Program-made: the position numbers and the translations under genes | NCBI GenBank assembly: GCA_963761075.1 | Contig: CAVXFN010000004.1 | Location: 1,192,411-1,256,410, forward strand | Length of the DNA: 64,000 nt | Origin: an uncultured Gemmatimonadaceae bacterium | GTDB taxonomy: Bacteria; Gemmatimonadota; Gemmatimonadetes; Gemmatimonadales; Gemmatimonadaceae | Direction of reading: 5' to 3' | Shown: one piece after another, positions 52,243 through 64,000 of the stretch | Layout: each line of letters opens with the position of its first letter | Position numbering within the stretch: the stretch's first letter is position 1 | The notes under the pieces: generated by a model | Seen by the model: only the letters and a program-made list of their open reading frames with translations | Told to the model about the DNA's origin: nothing | Databases searched by the model: none

Positions 52243-53216
52243 GCGACGGTGTCTCCGGCCGGGGCGGCCACCAGCAGCGCGTACTGGTCGTGCGGATCGA
52301 CGCGCCACGCCTGGGCGACGAGCCCGGCCGCGGAGAGCATGCGTTCCATCTGCGGGCGGTCGTACTTGCAGCAGATCTCGGTGCGGATCGTCTCGCCGTC
52401 CCGCATCACGACAGCGCCGATGTCTGGTACGGACACCCGCTGGGCCCCGCGCGAGGCCAGGTGCATCTCGATGCGGTGATGGGCCCACGACCAGCGCGCC
52501 CGGTGCTCGAATCGCGCGAGGTCGAAGCCCGCGCCCAGCTCCCTGTTCAGCACCCGGAGCATGTTGAGGTTGAAGTCGGCAGTGACCCCGGCGGCGTCGT
52601 TGTACGCACGCTCGATTCGCGACACCGGCTTGGTGCGCAGGTCGGCGCCGAGCAGCAGCCTGTCGATGGGGCGCATGGCGTCGCATACCGATCGCAGGAT
52701 GGCGGTGGCGTCGTCCTCGCGGAAATTGCCGATGGTGCTGCCGAGGAAGGCGAAGACCGCCGGTCCGTCGGCGGGAAGCGTGACGTCAATGCGCTCGGTG
52801 AAGTCGCCGATGACCGGCTCCACGGCGAGCCAGGGGAGGTCGGCGCGCAGCCGCGCCGCGCTCTGGTCGAGGAATTCCGCGCTGACGTCGATCGGCAGGT
52901 AGCGATGGCCGCTGCCGGCCGCGCGCATTGCGCGGAGGATGATCCGGGTCTTCTCCCCGCTGCCGGCGCCCAGCTCGACGAGCGACGTCGGGGCGAGTTC
53001 GCGCAGGAGCGACGGCATCCAGGCGCGGAGGGTGCGGCGCTCGGCGCGGGTGAGGTAGTACTCGGGGAGCCGGGTGATGGCCTCGAAGAGCAGCGACCCG
53101 CGGTGGTCGTAGAAGTACTTCGAGGGCAGCTCCTTCTGCGGGCGCGACAGTCCCCAGCGCACGTCGCGCAGCATCGCGTTCTGGCGCGGCAGGGCGAGCG
53201 GGCTGGTGCTAGTCAT
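52239..53216 (-). CDS. egtD: L-histidine N-alpha-methyltransferase (hercynine synthase).
   Basis: EgtD-family N-terminus KYFYDHRGSLLFEAITRLPEYYLTRAE and SAM-binding LVELGAGSGEKT. It starts 2 nt after the egtB stop. Confidence 0.8.
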   Translation of the reverse strand: MTSTSPLALPRQNAMLRDVRWGLSRPQKELPSKYFYDHRGSLLFEAITRLPEYYLTRAERRTLRAWMPSLLRELAPTSLVELGAGSGEKTRIILRAMRAAGSGHRYLPIDVSAEFLDQSAARLRADLPWLAVEPVIGDFTERIDVTLPADGPAVFAFLGSTIGNFREDDATAILRSVCDAMRPIDRLLLGADLRTKPVSRIERAYNDAAGVTADFNLNMLRVLNRELGAGFDLARFEHRARWSWAHHRIEMHLASRGAQRVSVPDIGAVVMRDGETIRTEICCKYDRPQMERMLSAAGLVAQAWRVDPHDQYALLVAAPAGDTVA

Positions 53217-54525
53217 CGCGGGCGCAGCGGAAGCCGCTGAAGATCTGGCGGCGGATTGGGTAGTCCCAGTTGCGGAACGTGTTCCGGATGGCGCCGGGCC
53301 TGGTGGCCCACGAGCCGCCGCGGAGCACCTTGTACTCACCGCCATGGAAGACGGATGAGTACTCGTCGTACGGAAACGCCTCGAACCCCGGATAGGGCAG
53401 AAAGTCGCTGGCCGTCCACTCCCACAGGTCCCCGATCATGCCGTAGCAGCCTAACGCGGAGACGTTTTCCGGGTAGGCGCCGACGGGGGCGGTGTCGAAC
53501 GCCAGCTGGTCGATGTTGGCGCGGTCCGGCGTGGCCGGCGGTTCGCCCCACGGATAGGCGCGCGCCGTCCCGCTGGCGGGGTCCCAGGACGCGGCCGCTT
53601 CCCACTCCGCCTCGGTGGGGAGTCGCTTGCCGGCCCAGGCCGCCCAGGCGCTCGCCTCATGGAAGCAGACATGACCGACGGGGCGCTCCGGGTCGACCGG
53701 GCGGACCCGGTCCATCACGCGCTGCCGCCACTCGTTGCCGTCGCGCACCCAGTACTGCGGCGCCACGGCCCCCGATTCCCGGCGCCAGCGCCACCCCGCT
53801 TCTGTCCACAGTTCGGCGCGCTCGTAGCCGCCGTCCTCCATGAACGCGAGGTACCCGGCGTTGCGCACGGGCGCGACGTCGATCCAGAACGGCGGGAGCG
53901 TGCGCCGGTGGCGGGGGCGCTCGTTGTCGTAGGCGGCGCGCCTGTCGGTGGTGCCGATCGTGACCTCGCCGCCGGGGAAGCGGACCATTGCACCGGCGTC
54001 GACGTGGAGCGCCGGGGCGGGCAGGGCGCGACGGCCCGGCGGGGCATACGGGGCCCCGCGCTTGAGTTGCAGCGTCTGCAAGATCGTCTCGTCGTGCTGG
54101 TACTCGTGTTGCAGCACCATCTCGACGACGTACCCGTCGCGGACGAGCGGATTTGGATCCGACAGGTCGAGTCCCTCCACGCGCTGCATGACGCGGCCGC
54201 GGATCTCCTGCATGCGGGCCAGGCATTCCTCGCGCGTCGGGTAGACCAGCTCGCCGCGCACGCGACGCGGATTCTCGAATGGATTGTAGGTCCCCGGCAT
54301 CTCGACGAACCGGATTTCGCCGTCGAGGTTGTGGGTGAGCCAGAGTTCCTCAAAGTGGGCGATGTGACCGAGGTCCCAGAGGATCGGGCTCATGAGCGGG
54401 TCGTGTTGCAACCGCAGGTCCGCGTCGGAGACCGGCGCGACGAGCTGGAGCGTGCGCTCGCGCGCCTCGGTGAGGCGTGCGAGCAGCGATTCGAGGTCCG
54501 GGCGCACGGGCACGGAGGTCGTCAT
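53209..54525 (-). CDS. egtB: Ergothioneine biosynthesis sulfoxide synthase EgtB (DinB_2 + FGE-sulfatase domains).
   Basis: DinB-like N-domain with His-rich iron site (HIAHFEELW…HEYQHDE); C-terminal FGE-type domain (GDLWEWTAS…RGGSWA). Confidence 0.85.
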   Translation of the reverse strand: MTTSVPVRPDLESLLARLTEARERTLQLVAPVSDADLRLQHDPLMSPILWDLGHIAHFEELWLTHNLDGEIRFVEMPGTYNPFENPRRVRGELVYPTREECLARMQEIRGRVMQRVEGLDLSDPNPLVRDGYVVEMVLQHEYQHDETILQTLQLKRGAPYAPPGRRALPAPALHVDAGAMVRFPGGEVTIGTTDRRAAYDNERPRHRRTLPPFWIDVAPVRNAGYLAFMEDGGYERAELWTEAGWRWRRESGAVAPQYWVRDGNEWRQRVMDRVRPVDPERPVGHVCFHEASAWAAWAGKRLPTEAEWEAAASWDPASGTARAYPWGEPPATPDRANIDQLAFDTAPVGAYPENVSALGCYGMIGDLWEWTASDFLPYPGFEAFPYDEYSSVFHGGEYKVLRGGSWATRPGAIRNTFRNWDYPIRRQIFSGFRCARDD

Positions 54526-54741
54526 GGCGTGATCGGCTCGGGGTGCTCGCGGAGGCGTGAGCAGCTACAATGGTCACCGTGGGCGGTGCGCGCCAGTCGC
54601 GACGAGGCACGCTCCCGCCGGTGACGCGTACAACCCGCCGGTCCGGCAATCGGTTCCTCGTGGTGGGGAACCGCCGCCGGCATGCCGAGGTTGATGCCGG
54701 ATGCAGGCACTCGAGGACGCCTTGACACAAACCCCGGAGGC

Positions 54742-55614
54742 ATGATGGCGGCGACAGCGGGTGGCACGGCGGCGTGGCAGCACCTGACCTCGCCCCCGGC
54801 CGGAGTCCTGTCGGACGCGCGGCTGCAGTTGCACCATGCGGTGCAGTTGATCGTCTCGGCGCCCATCTCGTACCTGCCGGCGCGGGCGGACGACAGTCAC
54901 ACCAACCTCGAGTGGCGCCCGGCGAGCGGTGCGCTGGTGACCAACCCGCTGACGAGCGGCGGGTTGCGCTTCGGGCTCCGGCCGCGCGACCTCTGCCTGC
55001 TGGCGACCGGCGTCGACGATGTGGCGCGCCCGGTCTTTGCCCTGGACGGCCACACGGCCGCAGATGCGCTGGCGTGGATGCGCGGCGTGCTCTCGGGCGA
55101 CGGGCTGGATGCCGCGCGCCTAACGACGGAGAAGCACTACGAGATTCCGCCGCACGCCGTGTCCACCGGTCGGGCGTATGCCCTGGACCGCGAGGGGGCG
55201 TTCGAGACGCTCGCGAGCGCCTATCAGGACGCCTGGCTGGTGACCTCGGAGGTGGTGGCGCGCGACGCCGAGGCGTCACCGCCGCGCTGCTGGCCGCATC
55301 ACTTCGACCTGGCCACGCTGATCACCCTCGCCCCCTCCGCGGACGGCTCGCCGCGCACGATCGGCGTCGGCATGTCACCCGGCGACGACTCGTATCCGGA
55401 GCCGTACTTCTACGTCGGCCCCTATCCGTATCCGTCCGCCGACGCGCTGCCGCGCCTCGGTGCCGGCCACTGGCACACGAAGGGCTGGATCGGCGCGGTG
55501 CTGACGCTGGGCGATCTGGTGGTCCACGACGATGCGGCCGGCCAGGCGGCGCTCGCCACCGCGTTCGTCGAGGCAACGGTGGCGGCATGCCGGCAGGTGC
55601 TCGGCGTGCGCTGA
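54742..55614 (+). CDS. Hypothetical protein (291 aa), divergent from egtB.
   Basis: GGAGG 1 nt before the ATG at 54742; GC3 bias; no family recognised. Confidence 0.45.
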   Translation: MMAATAGGTAAWQHLTSPPAGVLSDARLQLHHAVQLIVSAPISYLPARADDSHTNLEWRPASGALVTNPLTSGGLRFGLRPRDLCLLATGVDDVARPVFALDGHTAADALAWMRGVLSGDGLDAARLTTEKHYEIPPHAVSTGRAYALDREGAFETLASAYQDAWLVTSEVVARDAEASPPRCWPHHFDLATLITLAPSADGSPRTIGVGMSPGDDSYPEPYFYVGPYPYPSADALPRLGAGHWHTKGWIGAVLTLGDLVVHDDAAGQAALATAFVEATVAACRQVLGVR

Positions 55615-55617
55615 GGG

Positions 55618-56724
55618 CTACGGGACGTCCTCCAGCGCGAGCTGGTGCGCCTTGCGACCGCCGCGCGCCACGGTGTGGCGCGCCTCGTCGTGCCCGAGCA
55701 GCAGGTCGGCCATGTCGACGGCGCGCGCCACCAGCATGCGGGCCCCGTCGCGCAGCTCGTCGCTCTTCATCACGTAGTCGATGTTGTGCTCCATGTCCTC
55801 GGCCGACCAGCCGCGCGAATGGGCGATGAACGGGAACTGCGGAAAATGGCAGCCGATCTCGGAAAAGAACCCGAGCATCTGGCCGGCCACCGCCTGCACG
55901 TTGTCCTGCCCCCCAGTGATGATGAACGCCGCGACCTTGTTTCGCACCAGCACGCGGTTGGCGATCGTCACCTGGTTCTGCACGCAGTTCATGCGCTCCA
56001 CCATCTTGTAGTAGAGCGCGCTGGCGTTCCCCCAGCGGATCGGCGTGGCGACGAGCAGCACGTCCGCCCAGTGGATGACGGTCTCGTACACCTGGGCCAT
56101 CTGGTCGGCGGGATCCATCTCGGTGATGGAGCACGGCCAGGTGCAGGCGTGCGCACTCTTGGAGTAGTAGCCCTCGCACTGGCGGAAGGCGAGCGCCGCC
56201 AGGCGCTCGAGCCGGGTCTCGGCACCGAGATCCCGCTGCGCGTGGTCGAGGGCGATGTCGAGCAGCGCATCGGACGTCGAGTAGCGCGGGTTGGCCAGGT
56301 CCATGTTCGTCGTCGAGATCCCGGCCACGCGGATGGGGCCCGGGACACGGACCACCGGACGCGCCACGGGATGGGGCTGGTGGGGGAGGTGGGTGCGCTT
56401 CGTGCCCGAGGCCATGTCGACGAGCAGGCGGCCGTCCTCCACCTTCACCCGGTACGCCGGCGCGGCGTCGCCCTCGAAGCCCGGCTCGCCGAGGCCCGTG
56501 GTCCGATGGTACTTCCAGTTGTGCCACGGGCAGGTCACGTAGTCGCCCCCGAGTCGCCCGCTGCCTAACGGCCCGCCCTTGTGGTTGCAGAGCCCCGAGA
56601 TCGCACCGAACTCCCCCCCGGCGAACGTGACGGCCAGGCGCACGCGGCCGACCAGCGCGGGGGTGATCGGCTGCCTCCGGAAGTCCTCGGCGGGGCCGAG
56701 GTCGTGCCAATCGGGTGCGGGCAT
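55618..56724 (-). CDS. Rieske [2Fe-2S] domain fused to an NAD(P)H-dependent FMN reductase (flavodoxin-like) domain.
   Basis: N-terminal CNHKGGPL…CPWHNWKY (CxH…CxxH Rieske). C-terminal flavodoxin-like/FMN_red fold (…LLVATPIRWGNASALYYKMVERM…IITGGQD…). Confidence 0.7.
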   Translation of the reverse strand: MPAPDWHDLGPAEDFRRQPITPALVGRVRLAVTFAGGEFGAISGLCNHKGGPLGSGRLGGDYVTCPWHNWKYHRTTGLGEPGFEGDAAPAYRVKVEDGRLLVDMASGTKRTHLPHQPHPVARPVVRVPGPIRVAGISTTNMDLANPRYSTSDALLDIALDHAQRDLGAETRLERLAALAFRQCEGYYSKSAHACTWPCSITEMDPADQMAQVYETVIHWADVLLVATPIRWGNASALYYKMVERMNCVQNQVTIANRVLVRNKVAAFIITGGQDNVQAVAGQMLGFFSEIGCHFPQFPFIAHSRGWSAEDMEHNIDYVMKSDELRDGARMLVARAVDMADLLLGHDEARHTVARGGRKAHQLALEDVP

Positions 56725-56930
56725 GTCGGGACTCGCGGGTATCGGGTGGTGGAATAGTCTGCACCGGCCGGTGGGCCGGAGACAAATCGGGCGACGGCCG
56801 GAACGGTTCGGGGCGCGCCGCCCGAGGGGTCCGGAGACCTAACGACGTGGCCCCTGGGGGGGCGGGCTGGCGGGCCCCGTCGCCGCGGTGCACCTTGGGA
56901 TGACCCTTCCCCCCACCCGAGGATCGCTCC

Positions 56931-57350
56931 ATGCCGCACGCGCTGATGTACCACGGTGGCTTCGAGACGAACTTCTCCCGCCTCGCGTCGGGCGCCCGGA
57001 CGTTCCTGGGATCCGATGGCAGGGAGCACCCGCTGCCGGACTGGCCCGACGAGGCCGACGGGCTGCGGATCGGCTACATGGAGAAGCCTGGAAAGAAGTT
57101 CGTCGCGGTACGCGTCATGGACGACACCGACGACATCGTGCTGGAGCACGAGCTCTTGCTCGATCCGCCCAGCCACATGGGCTACGGCCATCGGTTTTCC
57201 CCCGAGCCGACCGTGATCCAGGACGAGGTGGCGAAGCGGTTGCTCGACGACATCATCGCCAAGAACGAGGCGCAGTCGGTGGACCTTCTGACGATCCGGT
57301 CCAGGATGCCGTGGGGGCGTGGTGCCGGGAGGTCGGAACCGGATCGATGA
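56931..57350 (+). CDS. Hypothetical protein (139 aa).
   Basis: Clean coding bias; ATGA overlap with the downstream isomerase gene. Confidence 0.45.
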   Translation: MPHALMYHGGFETNFSRLASGARTFLGSDGREHPLPDWPDEADGLRIGYMEKPGKKFVAVRVMDDTDDIVLEHELLLDPPSHMGYGHRFSPEPTVIQDEVAKRLLDDIIAKNEAQSVDLLTIRSRMPWGRGAGRSEPDR

Positions 57351-58228
57351 ACCGCAGGGCCTTCGTCGGTCGGCTCGGCGCGCTCGTGGGCGGCGCGTCG
57401 CTCGTGGGGGCGGCGTCGACATCGGCGGGGTCATCCGGTTCCGCCGCGCCGGCGGGATCGCGCGACAGGCGCACGCTCGCCCGCGTCGGACTCGAGTTGT
57501 ATGCGGTGCGCGAGGCGATGCGCCGGGACCCCGACGCCACGCTGGCGGCGGTCCGCAAGATCGGCTACCTGGACGTCGAGCTGCTCTGGTCGTTCGACAA
57601 CTTCGGACGCACCACCGAGCAGGTGCGCGCGGCGCTGGAGCGCAACGGACTTCGGGCCCCGTCGGCGCACATCGCGCCCGAGATCCTCACCAGGGACTGG
57701 GAGACGTCGGTGCAGACGGCCCGGCAGCTGGGGCACGAGTTCCTCATCGTGCCGAGCCTGCCGTCCGAGACGCAGCATTCCCTGGACGCCTGGAAGCGCT
57801 GGGCGGACGTCTTCAACCGCGCCGGCGCGACGGCGCGTGCCGGGGGGATCTGGCTGGCGTTCCACAACGAGCCGGATCACATGAAGCCGATCGACGGCCA
57901 GGTGCCGTACGACGTCTTCGCGGCGCGCACCGCGCCGGAAGCGGTGCGCCTCCAGCTCGACGTCGGGAACATGATGCTGGGGGGCGGTGACCCGTTCGCG
58001 TACCTGGCACGCTACCGTGAGCGCTACTGGACCTTCCACCTGAAGGACGTCGTCGCCGACGGCAGCAGCGACACCGAGCTGGGGACCGGGCACTTCGACT
58101 TCCGGCGCTTCCTGCAGTCGGTGCCCGAACTCGACCGGAAGCCCTGCTACGTGGAGCAGGAAGCGCCGCGCGACGAACTCGACAGCGCGCGGCGGAACTT
58201 CGCGTACCTCTCGGCCCTCGAATTCTGA
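57347..58228 (+). CDS. Sugar phosphate isomerase/epimerase (xylose-isomerase-like TIM barrel) with a Tat signal.
   Basis: MNRRAFVGRLGALVGGASLVGAA twin-arginine signal; TIM-barrel blocks (GYLDVELL, LAFHNEPDHM, YWTFHLKD). Confidence 0.7.
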   Translation: MNRRAFVGRLGALVGGASLVGAASTSAGSSGSAAPAGSRDRRTLARVGLELYAVREAMRRDPDATLAAVRKIGYLDVELLWSFDNFGRTTEQVRAALERNGLRAPSAHIAPEILTRDWETSVQTARQLGHEFLIVPSLPSETQHSLDAWKRWADVFNRAGATARAGGIWLAFHNEPDHMKPIDGQVPYDVFAARTAPEAVRLQLDVGNMMLGGGDPFAYLARYRERYWTFHLKDVVADGSSDTELGTGHFDFRRFLQSVPELDRKPCYVEQEAPRDELDSARRNFAYLSALEF

Positions 58229-58296
58229 CCGCGCCGGCGTGCCCCCGCCCCGCCGGCCTGTCCGTGCGGACCTGACGATGCGACGGCCGCGCGTGC

Positions 58297-59076
58297 CTAG
58301 CGACGCGGGGCGATGGCGATCACCCGCACCGGGCTGCCGCTCCCCTGGACGATCTTCAGCGGCGCGGCGATGACGACGCTGCCGGTTGCCGGCAGGCGGT
58401 CGAGGTTGCAGAGGCTGGCCAGCCCGAATCGCCCGGCGCCGTGCATGATGCCGTGGTTGGGAAAGGGCGGGTCGAATCGTCCGGCCTGGCCTGCGTCGGT
58501 GCCGATCGTCTCCACGCCAACGCCGAGGATGTCGCGCTCGGTGGCGAGGAACGCCGACGCCGACTTGTGAAAACCGGGGGTGTGGGGGCCGTTCTCGTCG
58601 GCGTTCAAGAAGGCGGCGCCGGTGCGCCGGCTCCAATCGGTGCGCAACAGGACCCAGGCACCCGCCGGGATCATCCCGTGCTCGCCCTCCCACTGCTGGA
58701 TGCGCGCCGGCGTCAGGAGGAAGTCGGGATCGGCGCGCACGTCCGCCGTCAGGTCGATGACGCAGGCCGGGCCGACGAAGCGTCGCACGGGAATGGTGTC
58801 GCAGGCGTTGTCCGGCAGGTCGCGTCCCGTGATCCAGTGCACCGGCGCGTCGAAGTGCGTGCCGGTGTGCTCGCCAAGGTGCAGCGCGTTCCAGTACCAG
58901 GCGGGCCCGGCGTCGTTGTACCGCGAGATCTCCGTCACCGTGAGGCCGGGTGACGGGGCGAACATCGGGGGCAGGTCGATCACCGGCGTATCCGGGCCGA
59001 GCGGAATGGTGAGGTCGACGATCTCGAGGGTGCCGCCGTGGAGCTCGGCAACGAGCTGGGAGAGGACGTTCGTCAT
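58297..59076 (-). CDS. Cyclase-family protein (kynurenine formamidase-like).
   Basis: HxGTHxDAPxH motif (HTGTHFDAPVH) of putative cyclases. Confidence 0.75.
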   Translation of the reverse strand: MTNVLSQLVAELHGGTLEIVDLTIPLGPDTPVIDLPPMFAPSPGLTVTEISRYNDAGPAWYWNALHLGEHTGTHFDAPVHWITGRDLPDNACDTIPVRRFVGPACVIDLTADVRADPDFLLTPARIQQWEGEHGMIPAGAWVLLRTDWSRRTGAAFLNADENGPHTPGFHKSASAFLATERDILGVGVETIGTDAGQAGRFDPPFPNHGIMHGAGRFGLASLCNLDRLPATGSVVIAAPLKIVQGSGSPVRVIAIAPRR

Positions 59077-59099
59077 CGTGGGTGGCGACGGAAGTCGGG

Positions 59100-59486
59100 T
59101 CAGGTGGGTGGCGAAAAGTGCCGCGCGAACTGGAATCGGTTCTCGAACAGCGCGAGGTGCGTGACGTACCCCGAGGGCCCGACGGCCTCGACCTTGGCGA
59201 CGAGCGTGGTGAGGTCGGCGGCCTCGCGGGCGGCGTCGAACGCCTGCACCAAGTCATCCTCGGAGCGCACGGTGGCGACGCGGGGGATGCCGGCGCCAGC
59301 CGCCATGGCGGCGATGTCGACGCCTTCCTCCTCTTTGGCAAGGCGCACCAGGATCATCGCGGGGTCGCCGTCGGCCATACGGATGAGGCGGATGAGCCAC
59401 GCGTCGGGCAGCTCCGAGATGCGCGAGATGCCGCACGCCGTGAGGGTGTCACAGATGACGCGAGAGCTGGCGACGGAGACGGGCAT
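59100..59486 (-). CDS. Hypothetical protein (128 aa), co-directional with the cyclase gene.
   Basis: ATG at 59486; weak resemblance to TPP-enzyme N-terminal or flavodoxin-like folds. Uncertain. Confidence 0.35.
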   Translation of the reverse strand: MPVSVASSRVICDTLTACGISRISELPDAWLIRLIRMADGDPAMILVRLAKEEEGVDIAAMAAGAGIPRVATVRSEDDLVQAFDAAREAADLTTLVAKVEAVGPSGYVTHLALFENRFQFARHFSPPT

Positions 59487-59716
59487 GACCGGACGTCGCA
59501 GGAGATGGCCGGTGACCCGGGCCACGCCGCAGGGTCACGAGAGGGCGCAATCTTAGCACGTGACGCGCCGGTGTGCACGCTACGGGACGGGGCGCGGCAT
59601 ACATTGACGGAGGGGCGCGCAGAACGGATCCTTCCGACGCTGGCCGCACCGGAGACCCCAGCCGCCGGCGGCAGTGGCTGGGCAGGGCCGGTGCGCACGG
59701 CCATTGTCCCCGACCC

Positions 59717-62164
<2,448 letters not shown>

Positions 62165-62323
62165 CCGAGCATCACTCCTGAGGTGTCGCGGGGACCTCTT
62201 GGCGGTTGCGCGTCGACGCCCCGGGTCGCCGACGCTCGCCTCTGCCACTGGCTCGAAGACCAGTCGCTTCCGGAACAGGGCGGCAGACGTCCCTTCGCTC
62301 GCCTCACGAGCGGAGCCGGATTG

Positions 62324-63710
62324 CTAGGCGGCGGCCCCTGCCACTTCCGTGTGCACCGAGCCGGGCGGTGCCGACTCGGACGGCTCGACCTCGAACCTGA
62401 TTCCATTCACTGAGGCGATCGCCTTGCTGGTGGCGCGTGTGAGTGCGCTGGCAGCCACTGCGAGTTCCTGAACCCGGGCGTGCTGGCCGGTCGCGCCGGC
62501 CGCCGCGTCACGAAGCGCGGTGGCGAGGGCCTCGGACTCGCGGGCGAGCTGCTCCAAACGCAGCAGGAACGCGTCGCCGGTTCCGGAGATGTTGGCCACC
62601 TCCTCCTCCTCACGCGCTCCGGCGTCGAGCACCTCGGCGGTTGACTGCTCGAGCTGCCTGAGGGACTGCTGCGCGCCGAGGGTCGCGTCGTTCACACGCG
62701 ACACCGCCCCGGCGACCCGCTCACTCGCGCCCCGTACGCGCTCGACGCGCTCCAGGACCTCGGACAGCGTGCGATCGGTCCGATCGGCGGCCTCGTTGGA
62801 ACTTCGCGCCAGCCGGCGCACTTCGCTGGCCACCACTGCGAAACCGCTCCCCTGGTCACCGGCGCGAGCCGCTTCCATCGCCGCGTTCAGCGCGAGCAGC
62901 TTCGACTGGCGCGCCATCTTCCGCACCAGCGTCACGAACGAGCGGATCTCCTCGGAGACGCCGACGAGCGCCGCGAGCTCGCTGGCGCTGCCGGCCACGT
63001 CGCTCGACAGCGCCTCGAGCGCGCCCGCGCCGCCGTCGATCCAGGTGAGCCCCTGCTGCGAGAGATCGCGCAGCCGCTGCTCGCGGCCACGTCGCTGCCC
63101 GAGCCTCGTCGATGACGCGCGCGACTCCGCGGGCGACCCGGTCACCGTCCTCGTGGGCCGCCTTGGAGAGCGTGGCCACGGCGCTCCCCTGGTGCGCCAG
63201 CGTGCTCGCCGACTCCATGACACGCTGGCCGGCGCTCATCGCCGCCGACGCCTGCATCGCGACGTCCTGAGCGCGACCGCTCACCTCGCGCGTGGTGCCG
63301 CGGATCTCACGCGTGGTGGCGCGCAGCGACGCCAGCGCGTCGCGCACGGCGCGGGCGATTCGGCCCTGCGCGGAGTCGTCGCGATCACCGGCGGGCGGGC
63401 GCGTGAGGTCGCCCTGCGCCGCAGCGCGCAGGGCGTCGATGACACCGAGGTCGTGGGCCGCCAGGGCGGGGCCGATCACGTTGGCGGACACGACGCCGGC
63501 GAGCACCGCGGCGGCGCCGAGTACGAGCGCGGCGAATACGAGAATGTCCCGCGGCGTCGCGGCGGCAATCGCGTCGCGCGCGAACCAGAGCGCCGTGAAC
63601 AGCGCGATGGCCCCCGCGAGACCGAGGCGCAACACGAGCGTGTCGATGCCGGGACCGGTGGCATCCGAGGCTCGCTTGTCTGCCCCTTCCGGTCCGCTAG
63701 ATTGCCCCAC
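62324..63710 (-). pseudogene. Methyl-accepting chemotaxis protein interrupted by a frameshift near 63090.
   Basis: N-terminal 2-TM part in ORF 62856..63776; signalling domain (…KLLALNAAMEAARAGDQGSGFAVVASEVRRLA…) in ORF 62324..63223. GTG at 63710 with GGAGG 7 nt upstream. The ATG at 63776 would overlap leuS. Confidence 0.55.
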
Positions 63711-63768
63711 GAGAGGTCCTCCGCCTACCGCCGGATTGTCGGCTCCGGCAACCGGCCGATTCTGTTCC

Positions 63769-64000
63769 CATGACAATGTCGAACCCCGAGACGAGCGTCG
63801 CCCCGCCCGGCGGCTACGATCCGTCTGTAATAGAGGCCAGGTGGCAGGCTCGTTGGCGCGAGCGTGGTACGAATCACACGGACCTCGCCAACGGAGCTAA
63901 CCCCTTCTACGCCTTGATGATGTTCCCGTACCCGTCGGCCGAGGGGCTGCATGTCGGCAACCTCTTTGCCTTTACCGGGAATGACATCTATGGACGATTC
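63769..64000 (+). CDS. leuS: Leucyl-tRNA synthetase, N-terminal fragment; continues past the window end.
   Basis: …YDPSVIEARWQARW…NPFYALMMFPYPSAEGLHVGN…, the class-I HIGH-region context of LeuS; no stop before the window end. Confidence 0.75.

Noticed and set aside
59525-59525. GTG start at 59525 for the 141-aa ORF upstream of the cyclase gene.
   Set aside because: An internal ATG at 59486 gives a protein without the Arg-rich leader. Either start is weakly supported, so confidence is kept low.

Overview
This is a 64-kb high-GC (~70%) bacterial chromosomal segment, densely coding and core-like rather than an accessory island. I found no rRNA, tRNA, CRISPR array, transposase or integrase. The domain architectures and GC bias suggest a Gemmatimonadota-like organism, but that is an inference.

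I support about 60 coding sequences, called by matching conserved protein motifs in the supplied six-frame ORFs, then trimming the many spurious overlapping high-GC ORFs and long N-terminal extensions.

Recognisable genes (gyrA, partial leuS, rnhA and the modules below):
- A caa3-type cytochrome c oxidase operon (coxB-coxA-coxC-coxD).
- A minus-strand operon: 2-oxo-acid dehydrogenase E2, a hypothetical, lpd, a class-V aminotransferase and serA.
- A beta-alanine/valine catabolic pair (omega-transaminase and mmsA).
- A flotillin/NfeD pair, an ECF sigma/anti-sigma pair, a REC-GAF-GGDEF diguanylate cyclase, a Ser/Thr kinase and a chemotaxis receptor.
- Several peptidases and dehydrogenases.

Most interesting:
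- An ergothioneine biosynthesis core, egtB-egtD-egtA, joined by ATGA/GTGA overlaps to a betaine-family ABC transporter made of an ATPase and a fused substrate-binding-protein/permease. This is a candidate dedicated hercynine or ergothioneine transport-plus-synthesis locus.
- An aspartate ammonia-lyase carrying an N-terminal cyclic-nucleotide-binding domain.
- A Rieske [2Fe-2S] domain fused to an NAD(P)H-FMN reductase.
- A HisC-family PLP aminotransferase with a twin-arginine (Tat) signal.

Caveat: three conserved genes (coxA, a threonine/serine dehydratase and the chemotaxis receptor) carry single-nucleotide frameshifts, which more likely reflect sequence quality than biology. Coordinates were read by hand from the sequence and may be off by a few nucleotides; start-codon choices are judgement calls.
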